NCBI GenBank assembly: GCA_030141605.1
Contig: JAQGDQ010000344.1
Span: 62,001 to 126,000, forward strand
Direction of reading: 5' to 3'
Source of the DNA: Tubiluchus corallicola
Taxonomy: Eukaryota > Animalia > Priapulida
DNA: 64,000 nucleotides
Below the pieces are notes generated by a model, which was not told where the DNA came from, made no database searches, and saw only the letters and a list, made by a program, of their open reading frames with translations. This document shows positions 26,094 through 36,400 of the stretch, one piece after another (position 1 is the stretch's first letter; each line of letters begins with the position of its first letter). The position numbers were made by a program, and so were the translations under genes.

Positions 26094-26282
26094 TTAAGTC
26101 TCAAAAGTTTTTGATTTTCACCGGATGTTTTCATCCTTCATGGACTTATTCAGCTGAAATCAACTTCTATGGCCTAGATCAAGAGACTAATTCAAGACCT
26201 AGGCCATATAAGCAGATTTCAGCTGATGAAGTATGTGAAGGACGAAAGCTCCCGGTGAAAAATAAAAATTTCTGAGACTTAA
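26094..26282. mobile_element. ~190-bp inverted repeat with hammerhead-ribozyme-like cores (Penelope-like relic)
   Basis: Arms TTAAGTCTCA...GGCCTAG / CTAGGCC...TGAGACTTAA. The right arm carries CTGATGA-AGT...AC-GAAAGCTC; the left arm, read on the - strand, carries CTGAATA-AGTCC-ATGAA-GGAT-GAAA. Confidence 0.55.
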
Positions 26283-27277
26283 AGAATAGATGAAGTTTCC
26301 ATTAACACTCTTTTGCATGAGCTACTTTTGTAAAGTTTTACCAAATATTGACACTTTCTTATACTCTCATATCTTGGTTTGCCAGACCTCACTTTTATGA
26401 ATATCGGAAGAATCGGACAAAATCTGGACTGCTAAAAAGGCCCGCATACTACGGACACACAGTAATTTGCTTTGTTTACATCATTACACCAGTGTAACCA
26501 CGTGTATATCTCTATATATAAAAATATAGAGTTAATTATGCAGAGTTATTTGAGTCAACTGCCAACAGTTTTATACACTTTTGCATAGAAGAGGCTTGTA
26601 CTAGACATTTTTGAGACAATTAGGCGATTGATTCTACATTACAATCAGTTTAATACATGGCGCCTACTGTATTAGCTTAGTATCGGTAAATACGGACAAT
26701 CGGCAAATTCGGACCGTCTCCCTGCTTTTGTCCGGCAAAACGAGATATAAGTGTAATTTAAATTTGTCAATCAATAAATGGACCATGACTAAAAATTAAT
26801 CAATAAGCCAAAATGTAAAACAACGAGGCAACACAATACGAATTACAAACAGATTTCACAAAAAAACAACAACAATGTATTGAAAAGTGCTTACCAAAAC
26901 TTATGTACGTAATCTTTTTTCAGTAAAATTTACCCTTTCGAGGCCGTACAAGATCAGCTACTTTAAAAATTTTTAACGACCGTTTAGCAATAATGACAGA
27001 GTCTGCTATGGTACTATGACGAATTTCACTAACCACAGTACTATGCTTATTCTGTCACAGTGAAATACACCTACAACGTGCACAAAAACAAGTTGCATTT
27101 AAAGCTGCAAAAGTTATGCCTGCATTCTTGCAAATATGGTAACAATATGCTAACAGAGTAATTTTGCAACTCTTCTGACAGTAGCCCAAACTCTACAGCT
27201 TAATAATCATATACTAACCATCAGCAGTTAATATCAAAAATAGAAAACAAAAAAATGACACTCGTCAAAAGAGTTAT

Positions 27278-27283
27278 TTTATT
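27278..27283 (-). terminator. Polyadenylation signal (AATAAA) of RPL27
   Basis: AATAAA about 70 nt after the stop, followed on the - strand by a GU/U-rich downstream element (GTGTCATTTTTTTGTTTTCT). Confidence 0.75.
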
Positions 27284-27351
27284 TATATACAAGCTATCAT
27301 TTAAACAGATTCTCTTATTACACCCACGAAACTCCACAATTCTCGACAGTC

Positions 27352-27762
27352 TTAAAATCGCAGCTTCGTGAAAAACCACTTGTTCTTTCCCGTCTTGTAT
27401 CTTTCTTCGAATCTGGCTTTAGCCTCTCTCTTAGCCTTCCGCTTCAATGCTGGATCACGAAACGCGTCTTTATTGATGGCTGTCTTGTCGAAGCTGATGT
27501 CTACGGAGTAACGTGTCGGCATTAAGTGATTGTAGTTGACCACCTTCACAAATGATTTAATCTTTGACCGCTGCTTGATCTTGTTTTTACCCATCTTGCG
27601 TGTGACCTTCCGTGGATATCTGTCAATGCCTGCAAGCAGAGCGTGACCGTAGGGCTTGTCAGAACTGCCTTCATCGTGATTTTTAATGATAACGGCTTTA
27701 CGGCCGGCATATTTGCCATTGAGAACAAGGACAACTTTTCCTGCTTTCATAATCTTTCCCAT
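27352..27762 (-). CDS. RPL27: 60S ribosomal protein L27 (eL27), CDS in a single exon
   Basis: Intact 136-aa [28 protein letters not shown]...YNHLMPTRY...[15 protein letters not shown] strong acceptor (TTTTTATTTTTTTAG) sits 13 nt before the ATG, so the exon starts at 27775. Confidence 0.98.
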   Translation of the reverse strand: MGKIMKAGKVVLVLNGKYAGRKAVIIKNHDEGSSDKPYGHALLAGIDRYPRKVTRKMGKNKIKQRSKIKSFVKVVNYNHLMPTRYSVDISFDKTAINKDAFRDPALKRKAKREAKARFEERYKTGKNKWFFTKLRF

Positions 27763-28162
27763 CGTGCGACTGTTTCTAAAAAAATAAAAAATACGAGTAG
27801 TTATGACGAGATAACACTTACTTTTTGCATCTGAGCAAAATAATAGCCAAAACTCACATTAGCTATATACGTACATAGATGCGAAAAGCACGTAACTATA
27901 ATCCCAGACTTAGACTGTCAAGGTTTAATGTGTGTAAGATGCACCACTCACTTTCAGGGAGAATGACAGCTGGATTTCCCATTTCTCTCCCTCCACATTC
28001 CAGGGCATTCCCCCTAGAAGTGAGAAAGTGCAAGACAAAATCTTGAGCTACAAGTTTTTTATTTACTATAAATAATAAAACAAAAATATGAAGATTCTTC
28101 TTCAATGAATGTGACTTAATCCAGCTGTCATTAACCAAAGAATAAGTGAGAAGTACACTTAC

Positions 28163-28193
28163 CGGTAATCTCTGGCTGAACTAAATTCCAACT
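28163..28193 (-). other. 31-nt non-coding 5'UTR exon (predicted)
   Basis: Reads TTTTCATTGTTTTTTGTCAG|AGTTGGAATTTAGTTCAGCCAGAGATTACCG|GTAAGT on the - strand: strong acceptor, consensus donor, no ATG. Confidence 0.65.
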
Positions 28194-29544
28194 CTGACAA
28201 AAAACAATGAAAACAAAATAATTTTTGTAATGCAAGTTTGATTAACCACAATAAGGATGCGTCCTTACCCTATTGGTGTCTAAATTCATTCTACCTTAGT
28301 ATTTACAATGCTAATTTGATAATTAATTTCATTTCATTTTGGTTGCTTCGCAGCTGATCAACTGACATCCTGTGACAAAGATTAGTCATATAATATCAAC
28401 TTATCGTTACGTTATATAGGCTTAAATACTCATCCTTAACAGGCAACTCTGTCATATACCGTAACTCATTGTGACTGAAATCTCCACTGCCAAATGGACA
28501 TCCATTGAGGTGGCATGATGATTATATTATTATGAATTAATATTCTGTTTGAGATATCAGCTGTAGAGATAGCAAGGTGAAATATTATATCATAATTGCG
28601 GACAACGTTTCACATAAAATCTTGATATAATACATGCATCCTTGAATGATTGTATGTTTGTCAGTGAGTCCAGAATTGCATCAATTTGCTTGATAATTTC
28701 TTATAGTATGGTAAGCATATAACAGTGATACATTTTCTGGAATAATCGACAAATTGGGGTTCTTCACAAATTCTTCATGTTTTTTTAGTTTGTCTATAGA
28801 TTTTACATTATAGCATCTGTCAGCGAACAAAAGTTTGTGATTTGTGACGCACTGCCGATCTGTTTATTAGCTAATGCTGAAATGAACAAATGAAATTCTA
28901 TGCTTACAGAAAGATTAACACAGGTTTAATATTTTTTACTAATTTTACTTTTATTGCTTTCACATTTTACAAATCAGACGAATGGCACTCAATGCAGACC
29001 TCTGCAAACCAAAAAAAAAACATTTTTTTAACCCCATTCCTCCCATGCCCATGATTCAGGGTGGCCCTGAATCAGCGGTTAAATTTAACAGATGATTCTT
29101 TGTCAGTTGTCACATGCCTCACCTCTCCGTAAAGTTTCGGTGAAATTGGTTATGTAATTTTGGGGTAATTGTATTCACACATAAATAAACAAACAAAGTG
29201 CGATGAAAATAGAACCTCCTTGAAGTCAAAGGCAAAAATATTACACAATACAATTTTTCAAATAATTAAAACAACCAAAACACTTTGTAGCTGCTTTCAC
29301 GCTAACAGCAAAAACGTGATGCTAACAGATTACGAAAAGTATAGACGCTCGGCGATTTTCGTTACAATGCTTTAAAATTTGACCGCCGTTACAGTAAAAT
29401 CGATTATTTTTGCCGAAAAAACCAGCTCAGACAACTGCAGTGAAGTTAAATTGCAACTTTGTCGTCTCGTAAACTTCATACATAACCAATTCTTAGGCTA
29501 CCACACATGATTATTAATTATTTCGAAAAATATTACATACTTAC

Positions 29545-29584
29545 AAAACTAACTATGCCACACGGAAAAGCATGGACGAAAAGA
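29545..29584 (-). promoter_or_regulatory. TCT initiator / 5'TOP first exon for the RPL27-RPSA locus
   Basis: Reads T-CTTTTCGTCCATGCTTTTCCGTGTGGCATAGTTAGTTTT|GTAAGT on the - strand: two pyrimidine starts typical of ribosomal-protein genes followed by a consensus donor, in a CpG-retaining region. Confidence 0.7.
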
Positions 29585-29710
29585 CTTTTTAGAAAGTGCT
29601 GCACCCTTTCGTCGAAAATCGTTGGAAAGTGCTGCCCTCTAACTTATTTTTTATAAAGTCTTTTTGATAGCCTTGACAGGAAGTGAAATGATGGTATTAG
29701 ACTTCCGTGT
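29585..29710. promoter_or_regulatory. Compact bidirectional promoter between the ribosomal-protein leader (-) and NTAN1 (+)
   Basis: Lies between divergent genes. Contains a direct repeat GAAAGTGCTGC (29592-29602, 29625-29635) and ETS-like cores CAGGAAGTG and ACTTCCG. Confidence 0.5.
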
Positions 29711-30465
29711 TATTAGTTTTGTACACAATTCTTGAAAATTAGTTAGTGTTTATGCATTGGCGCCTTAATATTACTGTGTCGTGGTTGTAAAATTCTTGAA
29801 CAGTATTCTGATTTTCTTTTACATTCCTGATGCATTCCTCTCGCCTCACTCAAAGGCACGAAAAGTGTTTTTCAGTTTATAGGTCAGGTGGTTTTTGGTT
29901 TTCCTCCCTTACATAATTATTATTTTGTTGTGTATCTATTATGGCAAATATAAACCGAAGGGAATTTGGCGAAAAACCAAATAGTTAATAAATCGGCCAC
30001 CCTTATAATCACTTGTATAGGATGGCATTGTGGGACAGGGTATTGTAAAACTATTTTGTTGTTGTATTTTGCATTATTGTGCAGTAACCTTTAATTTCAT
30101 TGTTTGTAATATTGTCATGTGTTGGTGAAATGAAAAATAAAATAAACTAAGCAAACATTTAATACATATTAAACATTTATTTCGATTGACGCTTTTCGGT
30201 TGTTTGCATAGGTTCAGACTAGGTTTGAATAATAATGACGAGGATTTAAAACTAATTTTGAATTGGACTCATTAATTAGCACTAGGATACTTTTTTATTA
30301 AATCGATTGTATTTGCGCGGTCACTTATGAATGTGAAGCTTTCTGAAGGTTCTTTGCTTTGAGTTTTTTGAAGTTTCATTGCTTTGATCCAATTATTGAA
30401 TATTTCTTCAATTGTTTAGTTATTATTTTCAGGTGAGTTAAAATTGGCACAGTGCCAGCTCAAGG

Positions 30466-33400
30466 ATGCCGCTGGTTGTAGAAGGGGTTGAACTGAGAGG
30501 TCAACAGTCGCTGGACGTCCACTCAATAAATAGTTACCATTCGTTAAAAGTGAGTTATTGTTCGCTAACTGTGTGTTTTTTCACTTTCAAAGAAACTAAT
30601 AAATCAGAGTGAATTTATAAATTTGGATTTGAGTGCTAGGAAAAAGATAAAGAATCCGTATCTGGGCTAGGATTTGACCTTGCAACTAATGAATTCGATC
30701 GATTGTTTGCTTCTCTTACTGTAAGCTTGTCAAGCATTATTATACAGTCTTTGTGTCATTAATTCAAGTTGTTTAATAATATTAATAATAAAAGGGCAGT
30801 ATTATGTACTAAATAGTTTTTCATTGTGAAATTGAAAAAATTGGAAAATCTGCAATTCGTACAATTTCCCGTTATTCTGTGGGTGGCCAATGTGTGGACT
30901 AGGCGTGTAACCATACGTCAATGAATTGACGCATCTTGATATGTTTCATTATGATATGAGTATCGCCCAAAGTGCTCGTGTCATGGTAATCTGAGTAAAT
31001 GATATTCAGCCAATTAGCATGTGCTTCATCATATGCTGATAAAAACGATTTAAAGTAATTCAGGCTGCAACTGTAGAGTGCACTGTAGATACGGAACGAT
31101 CAGTGCAATGAGCAGTAGCCGACTTAACACAAGCACTGCTAGCAGCCAAAGCAATTGAAAATGCAGGGTGTTTAATCTGTAGTAGGTTAATTATGCTGTT
31201 TACGTGTAAACTTGTGAAATGGAAACGTGAACCAGAAAATGCATGAGCAACTTTGAACCTAAAGTATTGAAATGTTTTGCTTTTCTGGTGGCTTACAATG
31301 CAAACAATTACACAAGCCTACAAATTGCACAAGTAATAAATAAAAATCAAACAGCTTATCGAGTTATTTTCCCCTTTAGCAATTCTAAAAATGTTGATTG
31401 ATAAAATATGTTTAGCATTTATTATCAACAGCTTCATCTAGTTTTTTTTTTATAAAACCTGCAAATGTTAACTGTGGTGTATCATATCGTGACCTAGGTG
31501 TATCGTTACAGGCTTTGTATGGACAGCTGTTTTACCTATGTTTGTCAGTAGAAACTTATGTATAGACTGTAGGATGGACAATGAAGAGTGCATGAGGAAC
31601 CACTGTAATTGGGCCTGCGTCTTGAAAAATCTGAATTAAAAAATCAAAAATATGGCAGGATTTATAACCTTGATAATTTATAAACTATCTGCGGTAACTA
31701 GTTCTGGATCACGTTCAGGAAGTTGCAAAAAATGTTCATTATTCCTGCAAATGCAATTCATGCTGATAAAAAAATTCACAGGGAGTCACATACCTGTTTT
31801 CAAATATAAGATATCCAAACAAGATTACAGTCTAAAAATACAATCACATTCATAATCTGTACATTGGTATCAACTATATTAACTCAGCAAATGAACCGTC
31901 TCAATGTTGATAACATTGCTGTTGATGTTGATATTTTATTTGGTAATTTTAGGAACGTGCCATTCACTTGTGCAGTCAACCAGTAAAGGTGCTTGGGCCA
32001 GTAGGTTTAGTGTATGTAAACCAGCGTGAATGGGCTGCGACAACGCCCCATGATAGTAAGTTTACACTTTTTCGTGTATGAAGTTGTACCTTATGTTCGC
32101 ATCATTCCGAAGAACACTGAATGCTGATCTGTTATGGTAGCTCAGTGAGTAGACAGAAGAATTGCAAATTCTAGCCGCTTTCCCACTGAAACTGTCTACT
32201 CCAAAATAGCTGTTTTCAAGTTAAAAGAACCTTAAAATAGGGTGAAATAAAGAGAAGAAAGAGAAGAACTTGTCTTGCTTGAGTTCATGTAGAAGTTTTC
32301 CATTGCCAGCACTGAACTGTCATTGTACAAAGATCATTGATTTAATTTCTCAATTTTGCATTTCTCTTCCAGAAATTATATCTGTTTTGGGGACCGATGA
32401 TGCTACAACGTGTCAAATCGCAATATTAAGGCACACAGGTACAAAAAGCTTTCAGTGTATCGTTTGCTTTGACAGAGTAACTGTCTTTTCCAATTGTAGA
32501 TAGTAATGCATTATGAACAGCTAAAAACTACCTTCAAATTTATTGATCACTTCATGATGTTTGCCCTGATTTTGTTTAATCATTACCGAGTTATGATGTT
32601 ATTTTCCTTTTATGAATACTCAAGTAGTGATGTTGTTTTTAGCATCCGCACTTTATGGCAAAATCATGGCAAATATGTATGTGATATGAGTGATTTTTTT
32701 GTTACGCTTTGCATTTTGATAAACTTTGATTCACTTGATATTTTTTGATGAATTTGTTATATATACAATATAGCACTCAAGCTGAAAGTCAGTGCTTGAA
32801 GGCAGGGCTTAATGTAGATGCTTTTGGCAGGACCGGTATTTATCTCAAGGACAATTTTCTCAAATGAGACACTGGTCTGATATAGGCGTCTTTGCCATAT
32901 TCACAATCGTATATCATCATGTCCGGTGTTAGTGTGTGTCCGTACGATCCGTACGTGTGCATGTCCATACGATATGAAGTGTGTGTCCGGTCTATAGGTT
33001 TTACACGTCAAGTGTAGACAGAGGAAAGTTTAAATGTGACTTAGGTAAGTCAAATGTAGACATAGGAATTTCGAATGTGCTTTGGTAACTCAAATGTGAC
33101 TTAGGTAAGTCAAATGTAGACATAGAATTCAACATTTTATTTGTCAACGTTTTACAAAAAATGTCTGCAGAAAAGAATAAATCGGTTCCCACTTCCCAAT
33201 GAACAGTGAATCACTAATTAGTTTTTTAAGTAATACATTAGCACTGCATTAATGAATTAGTTTCTCTCAAGAAACATTGCTTATTTTAACAATGTATTGT
33301 TTTCTCTAACAGTTCCAATGGTATGTAAAGTTTGCAGAAAATTAGTGAACTATTAGTAGACCTATAAAGTTATAATTTTCACAGCAATTATTAAATTAAG

Positions 33401-36400
33401 ATTAAAGGAGATTAAATTTAACATCCTTAAACTTTACCACCTATCCACATTTGAGATACCAATGTCACATTTGACTTGACATGTGTCTACATTTGACTTA
33501 CCAAAAATGCTTAAGATTTGTTGAAAACCATTGTTAACACATTTGAACTACCAAAGTCTACATTTGAGTTACCAAGACACATTTGAATTACCTAAATCTA
33601 CATTTGAGTTAACGTAGGTCTACATTTGACATGTAAAACCTATAGTACGTACCAATACGTTATCAAGTGTGCGTCTGGTCAAGTGTATAGCTATACGTTA
33701 TCAATAAATGACAACAATTGAACACAGTGATGAACGTTTAACACGTTGCACTGGCTTCTTTCTTTTGATCTACACGAAAGCTCAACGACTTGTAATCATT
33801 GTTTAAACTATAACCTTGCACATTATTTGATTTACCATATAAGTATTACTACTAAAAATTGCCAACTAGGCTTTGAGTTTTTTTGTTATCTTTTCATCTA
33901 AGTAGAAACACGTGATTAAAAAATTTGCGTGGTTAGATAGTCAGTTTCGTACACCTTTTAACTGTATGTAGCTTGATAAATTTTGTTGCCATGATTGCTT
34001 ATAGTTGGCATAACTACAGGTGTGCGTTAGACTGGACACACGACCACTGGCAGAGAGTAGGAGAGTTTTGATGATTGTTTGAACTGCAGTTTATTTAGTG
34101 GTAATCGTTAGCGATTCATATTGATGCACAGTACAGACAATAATTCTGCGTTCAAAACTACCGTAAAGAGTGTGCCTACATTCTCTGTAAACAGTGTAAA
34201 TCATCAGCAGCCAATATGGCAAGCAAAATGTTCGGAGGCACTTCTTGGTACTTGCCCATCCACTTATACTGACCGGTTAGCTATTTCACACTTTATCTGC
34301 TACTACTGCTCAGCTCTGCCTTGCTGGAGTTATGATACTTAAGTGCAAAAGACTGTTATCATTCACCTGAAATGACTGTCTGTTTGTTGTTTTAAAACTT
34401 GCACGATTTATCTTCATAGCAAGCGGTGCTGTATGCATGGCTCACTGTGATGGGTGTGGCATGGAGGAGGGCATCTTTGACATGATATGTCGGATTCAAG
34501 AATTGTCTTCCAGCTACCACGACGGCAGGTACTAGATTAGTGATTTCTTATGCTAGCAGTATAGTTGTTTTGTTTCAGCGTTTCTTTGCTCAAGCAACTT
34601 TCAAGGCAGTGTAATGCAGAGATCCGTTTTGATTTGATATGGTAAATCCTCACTGGCGCTAACGCATTTGAACAAAATGCATCGCTAAGTGAAACGTCGC
34701 TAAATGAAACAATGCTTTCCAAAAGAAATAATGTAAAACCATTCAGTTATGTTCCAGGAACAAAAATCAAGAGTGCTTGGTTATGTAAAATCATTCGTTG
34801 CTTGCAGGGGAACAAAAATCCCAGAATCGTAGCTATGTAACAAATTACTACTACAGTTTCGTTTTATAAGGAACTTCATGTGTGTTAGTTGTTTATAAAC
34901 TTATTTTCTTGTATAATACAATTTATATAAACTGTAAACTCTGAAAATGTTCACTTCTGTAAGGTTACTGTTAGATTTGACTTTATAAACATTTGAATGC
35001 ATAACTTAGATAAAAAGATTATACTTATAATTTATAATTATATTGCATTGGATCATAGATTTCGTAATAATTAGATTGTATTAGATATGTAAATACTTTT
35101 TTTTAGGTATGAGTTACATTTGATTGGAGGATTTCTTGATGGGAGAGGGACATCACAAACGATTTCTCAATCAATTCTAAGTATGTATTCTCATATTAAA
35201 GAAAGAATAAGTCACTCAGTATGTGGTGTTTATTCTACTGTTATCACTCAAACTTACAAAAATGTAACAACGGAATTTATAAAAACTGTCTATAAAACGT
35301 AAATTTAAAATATACCACCTCTGAATAGAAATTTTCAGGTGCGATAGTTGCCACTATTTACTTGAAAATCATGACGTGATTGGGAGAGCTCATGACTTTT
35401 CGTAAGCGCGCGCTGCTTAAACTAATTCAAACTTCCGCAGCTTACCTAATGTTCACGCACAAATATTACAGAATCAGCTATCTAATTTTTCTGAAAATAT
35501 TTATTATGATTTTGATGATGATTGACAATGCACTACTTTTCTTCAAAAAGAAATTGGAAGAAGCTATTGGAAGAAGAATGGGCATTGAAAATAGGAATGC
35601 TCAAGAATGAAGTGATCGCGACTTTAAAGTGATTTTACTAATTACACGAGGCACTTCTTGCAGTTTTATTACTAAATCCTTCTAGTATTTTCCCAAGCAT
35701 TGAAATAAGCCTAACCCCTAGAAGGTTTGGCCTTTCCTTTAATGTTAATAATATTAATAATAGCAATGCCCGCACAAAAGTCAACTCTGTGTTATAGCTA
35801 TAAGCTATAACATCACCTATTCACCTTTGTTCACTAGAGAGCAAAATGTACGTTGCAACAATTATAGGTTGGGCTCCATACGGGCATCCTAAATTTTTTC
35901 GGTGGGTAATCAAGAAAGCAAAATGCCAAAACAATCGTCCAGGAAGAGTACTTATTTTTCACTGCAATAAGCCTTTTCGCAGTTTTGTTGCATGCATGTG
36001 CAGTTGCTGTAGGTCAAAAGTTAAGTTTGCCACAGCAACACATCTTAACTACAAGCGTCATGCGACACATGCGTAAAGGAAAACCGTCTGCTGCAACAGT
36101 TCAGTAAATTCAGTTGTTTTACATTACTCTGTATGTAGAGTGATTTGCTAGCAGGATCTTATTTGGGAAAAAGGAAAAATGAACTAGGTAAGGTTCTAGC
36201 TAGCTGTTAAAACTGTTACAATTACAATAGCATGGCCTGCGACGAGTTGTTAAGCGTACACAAATGCGTTATCTGGTACACTTAACCTTGGGCTTTTTTG
36301 CGATCAGCATCAATCGCTGGAACTGTGAAAAGGCTTATTGGTTCCAAAAGTCAGTTTTTCTGGAAGTTATCTGTTAGATTTTGTAACATTTGTATTGGTT

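Noticed and set aside
27352-27762. RPL27 as a dead processed pseudogene
   Set aside because: Intact ORF, proper acceptor, poly(A) signal with a genomic downstream element, and no poly(A) remnant or target duplication.
28340-28690. Box C/D-like words in the leader intron
   Set aside because: The boxes are degenerate and the rRNA complementarity is 9 nt or less.
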